A DNA stretch of 63,784 bases, filler included, from an uncultured Clostridia bacterium (GTDB lineage: Bacteria > Aerophobota > Aerophobia > Aerophobales > B3-G15), in the NCBI GenBank assembly GCA_964482715.1. It is 3 parts of 3 records of this genome, joined end to end, with 100 filler letters (N's around TTAATTAATTAA, not from the genome) between each part and the next. Parts side by side here need not be neighbours in the genome. Positions count along the whole stretch, not along the records: positions 1 to 27,486 come from CAYZYX010000025.1; positions 27,587 to 53,541 come from CAYZYX010000026.1; 1 more part is not named here. One strand, given 5' to 3'. The notes beneath the pieces were generated by a model that saw only the letters and a list, made by a program, of their open reading frames with translations, was not told the origin of the DNA and did not search any database. Of this stretch, positions 19,875-29,578 are shown piece by piece. The position numbers were made by a program, and so were the translations under genes. Numbering within the stretch: the stretch's first letter is position 1; each line of letters starts with the position of its first letter.

Positions 19875-21941
19875 TTAAAAATAGAAGATGAGAAATCGAG
19901 AGGGGTTAAATTCTTTTACCAAAGACCGATAGTTCTGATGCTCGAAACAGTAGGTCTGAGGTGCATTATCTTTAAGAAAAGCAAACCAGGCAGCGTTTTT
20001 ACACTCCTTGGTAGCAAGAAGCCCTGTTTGTATATCTATCTTTTTAAACACTATACCAGGTGGAGAAACAAAATCTTCAACCGGTTTTCCTTCCAGCGAT
20101 TTTTTCATAAACTCTGTCCAAACAGGTATTGCTGCTACACTACCTGTTATTTTCTCACCAAGGGGACTGCCATCATCCTTGCCAATCCATACTCCAGCTA
20201 CAAGATCAGGAGTAAAACCTATGAACCAGGCATCCATAGTTTTATCTGTATCTTTTTCTCCTGTCCAACCTACGGTCCCGGTTTTACCTGCACAGGGACG
20301 GGTAAACCCCATTTTTCTAATTCTGCTACCTGTTCCCATATCCACAGCTTTTCTAAGTAGATCAATCATAATAAAAGCAGTTTGAGGAGAAAGCACACTT
20401 TCTCCTTTAGGGAAATTTTCTTCGATAACCTTTCCCTGAGAATTTTCTATTTTCTGGATAAAAATAGGAGTCACTTTTACTCCATAGTTTGCTATGGTTG
20501 CATAGCCTCTTACCATTTCAAGAAGAGTTAGAGCCGAAGTTCCCAAAGTTAAAGTGAGATCAGGATTGAGGGGACTTTCAATTCCCATTTTTCTTGCATA
20601 TTTTATCGCGGTGGCAACTCCAACTTTTTGTAATAATTTTACGGAAGCAACATTAATAGAGTGAGCCAGCATCTCCCACAGGTATACCTTCCCCCAGTAA
20701 TGTTTCTCATAATTTTCAGGAAACCAGTATTTTCCCACCTGTTTAACTTCACCACTTTTCCCGTATCTTTTCTTTCCCAGAAAGATAACAGGTCCATCAA
20801 AAAAAACACTTGTAGGGCTAAATTTTCCACTATCTATGGCGGCGGTATAGACAAAGGGTTTAAAAGCTGAGCCTGTTTGTCGCCGAGCCTGAGTTGCTCT
20901 GTTAAACTGGGATTCTTCAAAGTCCCTACCACCCACCATGGCTTTTATAAAGCCTGTATGGGGGTCCATGGCAAGGAGAGCTCCCTGAAAATCGTTTTTT
21001 TTAAGATAGGACACAAGTGCATCTTCTGCTGCTTTTTGCATTTTAAGATCTAAGGTGGTATAGATTTTTAATCCCCCGCGCCAGAGCAGATTGTAACCAT
21101 ATTTACCAGCTACAATCTGTCTGACCCATTCTACAAAATAGGGAGCCTCATAGATATATTTCCTTTCTTTTACCTTTCTTTCTCCTGTTACGTTAAGAGG
21201 TGATTTTTCTGCCTCCTCCTTTTCTTCCTTAGTGATAAACCCTACCTGGTACATTCTGGTTAATACATAGTTTCTTCTCCTCAGAGCTTTTTGAGGATTA
21301 TAAATGGGAGAATATTCTCCGGGACTTTTGGGTATTCCTGCCAGGAGAGCCGCTTCGGCAAGGCTGAGTTTTTTTAAGGGCTTATCAAAGAAAAAAGAGG
21401 CTGCCTCAGCTACTCCATAAACCCCGTGGCCAAAATAAATCTGATTAAGGTACATTTCAAGAATTTCATTTTTGCTGTACCTTTTTTCTATCTCAATAGC
21501 TAAAAGGATCTCCCTTATCTTTCTTATAAGAGTTCTTTCCTGGGTTAAGAATAAATTTCTTGCCAGTTGCTGGGTAATAGTACTTGCGCCAGGACCTTTA
21601 CCCCAGGTTACAACGTTAAGCCAGATGGCTTTGACTATACGGATTATATCAACACCTGGATGGCGATAGAATCTATGGTCTTCAACGGCAATAAAGGCGT
21701 TCTTTAAATGATCAGGAATATCCGAAAGAGAAACAATTTCTCTTCTTTCTATAAAAAATTCAGCTATAACCTCTCCATCCTTTGCATAAACAGTGGTAAT
21801 TTGACTCGGCTGGTAATTTTCCAGTTGCTCTATACGAGGGAGCTTATAGAGGGAAGAAATAAAATAAGCAGTTTCTATTCCTCCCAGGATAAAAATTAAG
21901 ATAAGTCCAGCCATTAAAATGTAGTATTTTTTTCTCCTCAT
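19875..21941 (-). CDS. Class A penicillin-binding protein (PBP1A family)
   Basis: Transglycosylase EDHRF and GASTITQQL motifs; transpeptidase SAFK, SIN, KTG motifs. Confidence 0.95.
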   Translation of the reverse strand: MRRKKYYILMAGLILIFILGGIETAYFISSLYKLPRIEQLENYQPSQITTVYAKDGEVIAEFFIERREIVSLSDIPDHLKNAFIAVEDHRFYRHPGVDIIRIVKAIWLNVVTWGKGPGASTITQQLARNLFLTQERTLIRKIREILLAIEIEKRYSKNEILEMYLNQIYFGHGVYGVAEAASFFFDKPLKKLSLAEAALLAGIPKSPGEYSPIYNPQKALRRRNYVLTRMYQVGFITKEEKEEAEKSPLNVTGERKVKERKYIYEAPYFVEWVRQIVAGKYGYNLLWRGGLKIYTTLDLKMQKAAEDALVSYLKKNDFQGALLAMDPHTGFIKAMVGGRDFEESQFNRATQARRQTGSAFKPFVYTAAIDSGKFSPTSVFFDGPVIFLGKKRYGKSGEVKQVGKYWFPENYEKHYWGKVYLWEMLAHSINVASVKLLQKVGVATAIKYARKMGIESPLNPDLTLTLGTSALTLLEMVRGYATIANYGVKVTPIFIQKIENSQGKVIEENFPKGESVLSPQTAFIMIDLLRKAVDMGTGSRIRKMGFTRPCAGKTGTVGWTGEKDTDKTMDAWFIGFTPDLVAGVWIGKDDGSPLGEKITGSVAAIPVWTEFMKKSLEGKPVEDFVSPPGIVFKKIDIQTGLLATKECKNAAWFAFLKDNAPQTYCFEHQNYRSLVKEFNPSRFLIFYF

Positions 21942-21958
21942 AGGTTCATCATTTTATC

Positions 21959-22180
21959 CTACTTTCTACCAAAAATAAGGGTGAGCACCAGGGTGAGGAT
22001 GAGACTTACGAGAACACAGGTGACAACAGGAAAGTAAAAAGTGAAGTTTCCTTTGCGTATGTATATATCTCCGGGAAGCTTTCCTAAATAGGGAATTTTA
22101 GGACCCCAGAGCATAAATAATCCAATAACCACAAGGAATATACCCATGATTATAAGAAGTTTGCCCATGGCACTTAACAT
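21959..22180 (-). CDS. DUF2905 family membrane protein
   Basis: LGKLPGDI...NFTFYFP..TC signature. Confidence 0.88.
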   Translation of the reverse strand: MLSAMGKLLIIMGIFLVVIGLFMLWGPKIPYLGKLPGDIYIRKGNFTFYFPVVTCVLVSLILTLVLTLIFGRK

Positions 22181-22197
22181 GTTTACCTCTTTGTTAT

Positions 22198-22225
22198 ATT
22201 ATATAGGTAAGGATGGGCAAGTCAA
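22198..22225 (-). promoter_or_regulatory. sigma70 promoter for DUF2905-pbp1A-YHS
   Basis: Minus strand TTGACT-16-TATAAT. Confidence 0.7.
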
Positions 22226-22235
22226 ATTGAGTAAG

Positions 22236-22310
22236 CTGAAATTAGGACGTTATTTTCAGACAAATAGGGCCCTGGAAAGAAAGACTATGGGAAAAGTGTT
22301 CCAATTTCAG
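22236..22310. repeat. Inverted pair of the dispersed motif (copies 2 and 3), MITE/REPIN-like
   Basis: CTGAAATTAGGACGTTATTTTC (22236-22257) and GAAAAGTGTTCCAATTTCAG (22291-22310) form an imperfect inverted repeat. Confidence 0.55.
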
Positions 22311-22331
22311 AATTAAGACCAAGGCTTAAAT

Positions 22332-23858
22332 ATGACTTACTTTTTAGGCATAGATCTGGGAACCTCCAGTGTAAAAGTAATTCTGGTTAGCCATTCAGGA
22401 AAGATTGTAGCGAGGTATTCAAAAGGTTATGCTATTTACTCACCTTTCACCGGATGGGCAGAACAGGATCCTGAGGAGTGGTGGCAGGCTGTTACCAGGG
22501 CAATAAGAGGTGTTCTTGCTCAAGCCAGGATAGATTCTTCACTTATCAAGGGAATTGGAATCTCCGGACAAACTCATGGAACAGTAGTTTTAGATAAAAA
22601 CCACCATCCTTTAAGAAAAGCCATAATATGGATGGATAGAAGGAGTGTGCCTCAGGTTGAAAGGTTAAAAAAGGAATCGGGCAAGAGAATTATGTCTATA
22701 ACCGGGCTTCCAATTTCCTGTGGTTTTATGCTTCCTTCTGTTTTGTGGATAAAAGAAAATGAACCAGAAATCTGGGATAAGATCTTTAAAATTATTCTTC
22801 CCAAGGATTACATAAGGTTAAAGCTAACCGGTGAAGTTGCCTCGGATGTCTCAGACGCTGGAGGAACTCTTCTTTTAGATGTTGTCCGAAGAACATGGTC
22901 AAAAGAAATAGCCGATGAGACAGGCATTTCTTTTAGTTTTTTTCCTCCTCTCTTTGAATCTTCCCAGCTAACAGGATATGTCATTGAAGAGTCAGCAAAT
23001 AAAACCGGTTTGAAAAAAAATACTCCTGTTTTTGCCGGGGGTGCAGACCAGGTAATGATGGCTATTGGAAGTGGAGTGGTTGACCAGGGAGATGTAGCTT
23101 CCAGTATTGGAACAGGTGCTCTCTTAATTGCCTATCTAACCCATCCCATTTTAAAACCTGATAGAGTTTTACATACCATTCCTTATGCTATACCTGAGCG
23201 CTGGATCATTATGGGAGCTATTCTTTCTGGAGGAGCCTCCTTAAGCTGGTTTATTAACCGGATTTTAGGTATCAATTTGCTTGAGAAAAAACTGGATGAA
23301 TTTATGTCTCAAGAACTTTCCTCCAGGTCAGCAGCTTCCAGAGGATTGATTTTTCTTCCCTACCTTGATGGAGAAAGGACCCCTCATCTTGACCCTCTGG
23401 CAAGGGGTAGTTTAATAGGTTTAACCTTAAATCATGATCAGCGTGATTTAATTAGAGCGGTGATGGAAGGAGTGATTTTTGCTTTGAGAGATTGCCTTGA
23501 GGAATTTAAAAAATCAGGTATAAAACCATCCCGTCTTGTTGCCACCGGTGGTGGAGCTAAAAGTAAAATCTGGCGACAAATTCAGGCGAATATATTTAAC
23601 TTACCTGTTGCTGTACCCAATACTGAAGAGGCCTCTGCTTATGGAGCTTCGGTTATAGCAGCGGTTGGAAGCGGTTTTTTCAGCAGTACAGAGGAAGCAT
23701 GTAAGAGATGGATAAAAAAAGAAGTAGTTGCTTTACCAAATTGCCAGGAGGTAAAAATTTACAGTGAGGTTTACCAGATCTACAGGCAGCTTTACAGTAA
23801 ATTGAGAAAAGATTTCCATTTTCTTTCCAGAATAGAGCAAGATGTTAAAATACATTAA
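22332..23858 (+). CDS. xylB: Xylulokinase / FGGY family sugar kinase
   Basis: GIDLGTSSVK, GGADQ, FLPYLDGERTP, GGGAKS. Confidence 0.85.
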   Translation: MTYFLGIDLGTSSVKVILVSHSGKIVARYSKGYAIYSPFTGWAEQDPEEWWQAVTRAIRGVLAQARIDSSLIKGIGISGQTHGTVVLDKNHHPLRKAIIWMDRRSVPQVERLKKESGKRIMSITGLPISCGFMLPSVLWIKENEPEIWDKIFKIILPKDYIRLKLTGEVASDVSDAGGTLLLDVVRRTWSKEIADETGISFSFFPPLFESSQLTGYVIEESANKTGLKKNTPVFAGGADQVMMAIGSGVVDQGDVASSIGTGALLIAYLTHPILKPDRVLHTIPYAIPERWIIMGAILSGGASLSWFINRILGINLLEKKLDEFMSQELSSRSAASRGLIFLPYLDGERTPHLDPLARGSLIGLTLNHDQRDLIRAVMEGVIFALRDCLEEFKKSGIKPSRLVATGGGAKSKIWRQIQANIFNLPVAVPNTEEASAYGASVIAAVGSGFFSSTEEACKRWIKKEVVALPNCQEVKIYSEVYQIYRQLYSKLRKDFHFLSRIEQDVKIH

Positions 23859-23877
23859 AAGTGGGAGGGAAATAGTC

Positions 23878-24348
23878 ATGTTAAGCCCTGGTGCCCAAAA
23901 GGTTCAGGATGCCATAAGAGCTCTCGGTTTTTCTCATCAGGTTGTTGAGCTTCCACAATCAACTCGTTCTGCTTCAGAGGCGGCTAAGGCCATAGGATGT
24001 AAAGTGGGACAGATTGCTAAATCACTGGTTTTCAAAGGAGAGAAGACATCAAAACCAATTTTGATAATTGCAAGTGGAGCAAATAGAGTTGATGAGGAAA
24101 AAGTGGAAAAGTTTGTTTTAGAACCTGTGAAAAAAGCAGATCCCGATTTTGTATTACAAGAGACAGGTTTTGTAATTGGTGGTATTCCTCCTGTTGGACA
24201 TTCAAAAAAGCTTAGAACTTTTATAGACGAGGATCTTATGCAGCACGGGGAAATTTGGGCCGCTGCTGGTACTCCCCGGGCGGTCTTTAAACTCCCCCCT
24301 CAGGACCTTGTCAAAATGACCCGTGGGGAAGTCATTCCTGTCAAGTAA
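23878..24348 (+). CDS. YbaK/EbsC family aminoacyl-tRNA deacylase
   Basis: QIAKSLVF, GGIPPVGH, WAAAGTP; start moved to the ATG after GGGAGG. Confidence 0.9.
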   Translation: MLSPGAQKVQDAIRALGFSHQVVELPQSTRSASEAAKAIGCKVGQIAKSLVFKGEKTSKPILIIASGANRVDEEKVEKFVLEPVKKADPDFVLQETGFVIGGIPPVGHSKKLRTFIDEDLMQHGEIWAAAGTPRAVFKLPPQDLVKMTRGEVIPVK

Positions 24349-24399
24349 AATCAAGATAAATCTCTATATGCCCGTAAGTCTTGAGAAAAGGATGTGAAC

Positions 24400-24418
24400 A
24401 AAACTGTCCCCACCTCAG
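24400..24418 (+). repeat. Dispersed intergenic motif, copy 4
   Basis: AAAACTGTCCCCACCTCAG; ends 10 nt before TTGACT at 24429. Confidence 0.5.
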
Positions 24419-24497
24419 GGTATTGGGCTTGACTTAAACGGTATAATTTTTATAAAATTTTAAATAAAAATCCTAACCATAAGAAAGCGAGAAAACC

Positions 24498-24680
24498 ATG
24501 TCCAGACCAACTCACATCAAGACGGTAGAAAAAAGGCAAAAGAGAAGGGAAAAGCTAAAAAAACTTCGGGAAAAATATAAATTGGCCAAAACCGAGGAAG
24601 AAAAAAAGAAAATACTGGAAAAAGTTAAAAAAATCGCTCCCACACTTATCGATGAAGACTTTTTAAAATCATTGAAGTAA
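24498..24680 (+). CDS. Small basic helical protein (DUF6800-like)
   Basis: RQKRREKLKKLR...EEKKKILEKVKKIAP pattern. Confidence 0.7.
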   Translation: MSRPTHIKTVEKRQKRREKLKKLREKYKLAKTEEEKKKILEKVKKIAPTLIDEDFLKSLK

Positions 24681-24977
24681 TTTTTGTATTTGTAAAATCA
24701 AAAAAGAACCGATGCTCCGGGGACAGAAATTAATCCTGTTAGATACAGTATAAAATACCCCACCACATGAAGCATTCTATTCCAGGAGCCTGAAATAAGA
24801 ATATTTTTTCATAAGGATAAGCTCCAGGTAGCTTGCCAGAAGCTTTTTTGATGAGCAACCAGTTTTACACTGTAGAAGCCTTTGCACCCATAAAAAGGAA
24901 AAATCTGCAGGAGAAGGATATAAGTAAGGTAAAATCGGTAAATTGGCAGGCTTTGACCAATCAAAAGGAGGAAAGAT

Positions 24978-25457
24978 ATGGGTAAAGTGGTAATAATTAT
25001 GGGCTCACGAAGTGATTTAGAACATTGTAAGAAAATTGTAGATGTGTTAAAGCAGTTTGGGATACAATTTAACCTGAGAGTTGGCTCAGCTCATAAGACT
25101 CCTGATAAACTGCTGGAAATAATCAAAAACTATGAAAAAGATGATGTGGTTTTTATTACAGTCGCTGGAAAAAGTAATGCTTTAAGTGGGTATGTTGATG
25201 CCCAAACCACCAGGCCTGTTATTGCCTGTCCTCCTTACAGTGACAAATTCGGTGGTGTTGATATTTTTTCAAGTTTAAGGCTGCCATCTGGTGTCTCTTC
25301 CATGACTGTACTTGAACCAGAAGGAGCAGCACTTGCGGCCATAAAAATTCTTGCAATTGGTGATAAAAATTTACAGGCAAAAATCAAAGAATATCAGAAA
25401 GATAAGAGAAAAGAAATCGAGATTGCCGATAGCGAGATGATGCAAAGCCAATCCTGA
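24978..25457 (+). CDS. purE: AIR carboxylase family protein (class II-like PurE)
   Basis: IMGSRSD, SAHKTP, AGKSNALSG, PVIACPP. Confidence 0.9.
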   Translation: MGKVVIIMGSRSDLEHCKKIVDVLKQFGIQFNLRVGSAHKTPDKLLEIIKNYEKDDVVFITVAGKSNALSGYVDAQTTRPVIACPPYSDKFGGVDIFSSLRLPSGVSSMTVLEPEGAALAAIKILAIGDKNLQAKIKEYQKDKRKEIEIADSEMMQSQS

Positions 25458-25547
25458 ATATTTCTGCAACCGGGATAAGGTGTTCCACAGCAAGAAAGAT
25501 GCGAACGTTTGACTTACAGAGGGCAAATTGTAGTATATATCCTCCAA

Positions 25548-25625
25548 TTCGGAATCTCCCCTACTTTTTCTACCGCTATTCTGGGTAGAATTATGGTCGG
25601 TTTAGGAGTATCGATGCTTTTAGTA
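25548..25625 (+). pseudogene. Short MFS transporter fragment
   Basis: FGISPTFSTAILGRIMVGLGVSML resembles the MFS TM3-TM4 region (motif B); rest of the gene absent. Confidence 0.45.
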
Positions 25626-25757
25626 AGGCTCAGACGGGAAATATCTTGATGATGATAGTGGTGGGAATGATAGTGGGAAGTCCGGTGTAAGGGCAGCAAC
25701 AAGTTTTCTGATTTTTTCACTACTTTATTAGTATTTGGTTCTATAAGGTGAGGAGTT

Positions 25758-25780
25758 TGAAATGGGGAACAGTTACACCT
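25758..25780 (-). repeat. Dispersed intergenic motif, copy 5
   Basis: Minus strand AGGTGTAACTGTTCCCCATTTCA. Confidence 0.5.
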
Positions 25781-25830
25781 TGCTCACTATATTCTGGAGT
25801 AAAGTTTAAAGTACCCTTAAGTTAACAAAA

Positions 25831-26715
25831 ATGAAAGACAAAAAAGCTCTAATTGCACTTATAATTACAGTCCTGATATGGGGAAGTAGTTTTGTTGCTA
25901 TAAAAATCGTATTAGATCAGATTACGCCACTTGCTTTATCTTTTTTAAGGAGTGGAGTGGCAACATTTGCTTTAATTTTGTTGCTCGGATTCAATGAAGG
26001 ATTTGTGAAAATAGGGGAAGTCTTAAGAGAAAAATTTTTATACTTTGTTTTGCTCGGGGCAACAGGAGTTACTCTATTTAACATATTTCAGAATGTCGGT
26101 ATTCAATACACTTCCTCAGGAATAGCCTCAGTTTTATTAGCTACAAATCCCTTATTTGTTTTAGTCCTTAGTATTATATTCTTGCGGGAAGAAATAAACA
26201 GAAACAGGTTAATCGGCATGATGCTTGGATTTTTCGGTATTGTAATAGTCATCTTTGGTGGTAAGAATATAATGGGTTTTCTCCTCTCAAGTTCATTTGC
26301 TGGCAATATCCTGGTATTATTTTCCGCTCTATGCTGGGGTTTATATGTGATTATGAACAAAAGAGTTTTGAGGCAATATTCACCTCTACTTTTAACTACT
26401 TCTGCTTTCATTTTCGGCTCACTGTTACTTTTCATCCTGTGTGTTTTTTCTCGCAATTTTTCCGTTATTACTGGCCTGTCAGCAACTTCCTGGTTATTTG
26501 TTATCTACCTTGGTCTTATTTCCTCAGGATTAACCTATCTCCTCTGGAATTATGTTTTAAAGAGAATGGAGGCATCAAAAGCTTCCGTTTTCCTTTTTCT
26601 AATTCCGATTGTGGCTATACTTTTAGGAAAAATTATTCTTGCAGAGAAAATTACTCCCTCTTTAGTTGTGGGAACAGGCCTTGTTTTATCAGGTATTTAT
26701 CTGGTAGAAAGATAG
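25831..26715 (+). CDS. DMT/EamA family transporter
   Basis: IWGSSF start, about 10 TM helices, two EamA repeats. Confidence 0.92.
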   Translation: MKDKKALIALIITVLIWGSSFVAIKIVLDQITPLALSFLRSGVATFALILLLGFNEGFVKIGEVLREKFLYFVLLGATGVTLFNIFQNVGIQYTSSGIASVLLATNPLFVLVLSIIFLREEINRNRLIGMMLGFFGIVIVIFGGKNIMGFLLSSSFAGNILVLFSALCWGLYVIMNKRVLRQYSPLLLTTSAFIFGSLLLFILCVFSRNFSVITGLSATSWLFVIYLGLISSGLTYLLWNYVLKRMEASKASVFLFLIPIVAILLGKIILAEKITPSLVVGTGLVLSGIYLVER

Positions 26716-26926
26716 TTCCTGTTATTTTCTGAATTCTATCAGAAAGGGTCAGGTCTTGAATCAAGCATTTTTTAACATCTCGCTGGAGTATTAAGAATTA
26801 AAAAATTGGTCACATTTCCGTCTCAAAAGACTATCAGTAAAAAACGCCTTGTGGACATACGAAGTTTCGACTTTGCCGAATTTGGGTGGAGCGAAGCGGA
26901 TTTCATTAGATATCACTCCTGCTTTT

Positions 26927-27178
<252 letters not shown>

Positions 27179-27486
27179 TCATCCACCTCCTGCTTTTTAA
27201 AGTAAAAGCTTTTCTCTTCTCTATTACTTCAACCTCTATAGTTTTTCCTAAGAGAGAGGTGAAAAAGTCTAAATTTGATCATTGACTTAAAAATTTCCTC
27301 CACTTTTAAAATTGAAGTGCTTTTTCATCAGTCTCCCAGGCCAAGAAATATTAGAGGTGGTATAAGGATAACAGGAGGTGAAAGACCAGATTTGGACAAA
27401 GAGGCTTGGTTCGACGGAGAGACAGTTACCATAAATCAATCTCATCCTGCTTATAAAAAAGCAAAGACTATGCGATTATTGAACTA

Positions 27487-27586
27487 NNNNNNNNNNNNNN
27501 NNNNNNNNNNNNNNNNNNNNNNNNNNNNNNTTAATTAATTAANNNNNNNNNNNNNNNNNNNNNNNNNNNNNNNNNNNNNNNNNNNN
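27487..27586. other. Artificial contig linker
   Basis: N-run, TTAATTAATTAA (stops in all frames), N-run; identical to the second gap. Confidence 0.95.
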
Positions 27587-27639
27587 GCACACGGCTCATA
27601 CCCGTGGAGTCCGGGGTTCGAATCCCCGCGCCGCTACCA
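27587..27639 (+). tRNA. tRNA with CAT anticodon (elongator Met-like), 5' part lost at the contig end
   Basis: CACGG-CTCATAC-CCGTG anticodon arm, GGTTCGAATCC T-arm, ends in ACCA. Confidence 0.85.
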
Positions 27640-27738
27640 GCCAGAAATAAAGAAAATCCTTTCTCTATTTGTTTTTTGTGAATTAGATCCTGGAAATTCT
27701 GTTTTAATATAAAGAATTGGAAGCGTCACTCCTTTTAC

Positions 27739-27767
27739 TTGCCAAAAAATTAGAAATACCTTATAAT
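27739..27767 (+). promoter_or_regulatory. sigma70 promoter
   Basis: TTGCCA-17-TATAAT upstream of the 27800 ORF. Confidence 0.7.
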
Positions 27768-27799
27768 GATACAGGTTAACTACCTTTAGGAGGTGAAAA

Positions 27800-28102
27800 A
27801 TGAAAAAGGTTAAAGTTGGCGAAGAAGAAGTTGAATTTTTAGAAGAAGGGGATATCCAGACGCTATTTGAAAATCTTCTTCAAAGTGCCGGCAGGAGAGG
27901 AGTTTCTGAAAAAATAATAAATAAGGCTAAAAAAAGTATTTTAAAACAAACCAAGAAGGCAGAAAAATCTATTGAAAAAGGAAAAGCAGATTCTACCAAG
28001 CTGCGCCGACTTCGAGAGTCCACAAAACGCCTGGAGGACATAGCGAAAGATCCCGCCTCTTATTCTCGAGAGGTAATAGAAGAAATACTAAAGTCAATTT
28101 AA
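27800..28102 (+). CDS. Hypothetical charged helical protein
   Basis: 100 aa, strong RBS AGGAGGTG and its own promoter. Confidence 0.75.
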   Translation: MKKVKVGEEEVEFLEEGDIQTLFENLLQSAGRRGVSEKIINKAKKSILKQTKKAEKSIEKGKADSTKLRRLRESTKRLEDIAKDPASYSREVIEEILKSI

Positions 28103-28150
28103 ATCTTACATAAGCTAATTCAGGGGTCACTATTAAGAGAGCCTGGAGTT

Positions 28151-28699
28151 TTAATACCAGGTTCTCTTTTCTTTGTAGCGTTTTACTGTAAATCTTTGGA
28201 TATCCAATTCTTGTAAAGGAAAGCCGTAAAGGCCTGCTTTTTGTTTTGCTATTTCCAGTTGATATTCCACACTATCAACACCTTCCAGATCTGGTAAAAG
28301 AAGTCCTCTCCGACTACCCTTGCTCACTATTACCCCATATTTTTTGGGATCAAGCTCATCTAAAGACTTTACCGGTTCGGGTTCACTTAAAACATCAACT
28401 GAGATTTCGATATCCTTTAACTCTCGTGCCTGTACTGGTGGAAAACGAGGGTCTCTTGTGGCTGCACTTATGGCATTCTCAACAATTTCCTCGGCAATAT
28501 TTTTTCTAACTGGAAGATATGTTCCAATGCAACCCCTCAATCTTCCCTTTTTGTGCAAAGAGACGAAAACGCCGGCTTTTTTTCTAAATTCCTCAGGAAT
28601 TTCATCTGGGGGAGAAATAACCTCTCCTGTAGCCAGATACCTTTCCAGTGTTTCCCGGGCTAATTTCACTGGAAAATCTTTATCATCTTTTACTTCCAA
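28151..28699 (-). CDS. AmmeMemoRadiSam system protein A (AMMECR1 domain)
   Basis: GVFVSL..LRGCIGT, DPRFPPV, GLLLP. Confidence 0.93.
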   Translation of the reverse strand: MEVKDDKDFPVKLARETLERYLATGEVISPPDEIPEEFRKKAGVFVSLHKKGRLRGCIGTYLPVRKNIAEEIVENAISAATRDPRFPPVQARELKDIEISVDVLSEPEPVKSLDELDPKKYGVIVSKGSRRGLLLPDLEGVDSVEYQLEIAKQKAGLYGFPLQELDIQRFTVKRYKEKRTWY

Positions 28700-28729
28700 A
28701 ATTTAACCTCCCTTCAAATAGCAAATTTG

Positions 28730-29575
28730 TCACAAAAGATGAGCCATTGCCTTAAGTCTTCTAGTCCTCTCCTGAGTGGGTGGGTGGGTACTAAAAAGTC
28801 TTACTACCCAATCCCCTCTGAAAGGATTAACAATAAAAAGGTGAGCTGTAGAAGGAGAACCTCCAGGAAAAGGTCTTCTTCTTGTCCACATTTCTATTTT
28901 TTCCAGAGCACTGGCTAAATAAAGAGGTTTTCCACTTAAAACCGCCCCTTGTCTGTCAGCTTCATATTCTCTGGTTCGGGAAATAGCAAGCTGGATCAAA
29001 AGAGCAGCCAGAGGAGCCAGTATGGAAATAGCCAAAAGGCCGATAACATTACCTCCTCCTTCTTCATCACTGCCCCCGAGAAAGAAGGCCCATCGGGCCC
29101 AGTATGCTATGGTCATTATTGCTCCAGCAAGTGTAGCTGCGATAGTTGATATGAGAATATCTCTGTCTTTTATGTGAGCTATTTCGTGAGAGAGAACTCC
29201 CTCTATCTCCTCCATACTTAATGTATTCAAAAGCCCCTGAGTAACGGCTACGGATGCATGGGCAGGATTTCTGCCAGTTGCAAAAGCATTGGGTGTGCTA
29301 AGGGGAATTAACCACACTTTAGGTTTGGGAATGCCCGCTGCCAGAGCAAGATTTTCCACAATCTGATGTAGCTTCGGATTATCACGAGGCGTAATCTCCT
29401 TGGCCCTATACATTCTCAAAACAATTTTGTCACTCCACCAGTAGCTTACCATATTCATAATTAGGGCCAAGAAAAAGGCAAAAATAGCCCCTGCCATCCC
29501 GGCTACAAGCTGTCCTATGAAGATAAGTAACAAAGTCAAACCAATCAAAAGTAAAGTGGTTTTAGCCGTATTCAT
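28730..29575 (-). CDS. htpX: Zinc metalloprotease HtpX
   Basis: PNAFATGR, HEIAH, SRTREYEAD, STHPP. Confidence 0.95.
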   Translation of the reverse strand: MNTAKTTLLLIGLTLLLIFIGQLVAGMAGAIFAFFLALIMNMVSYWWSDKIVLRMYRAKEITPRDNPKLHQIVENLALAAGIPKPKVWLIPLSTPNAFATGRNPAHASVAVTQGLLNTLSMEEIEGVLSHEIAHIKDRDILISTIAATLAGAIMTIAYWARWAFFLGGSDEEGGGNVIGLLAISILAPLAALLIQLAISRTREYEADRQGAVLSGKPLYLASALEKIEMWTRRRPFPGGSPSTAHLFIVNPFRGDWVVRLFSTHPPTQERTRRLKAMAHLL

Positions 29576-29578
29576 AGG

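Noticed and set aside
26840..26915. GGAGCGAAGCGGA segment reminiscent of integron attC sites
   Set aside because: No matching RYYYAAC/GTTRRRY ends or cassette array visible
27487..27586. TTAATTAATTAA palindrome within N-runs (also at 53542-53641)
   Set aside because: Identical artificial contig spacer, not biological; the 27275-27538 ORF running into it is unreliable
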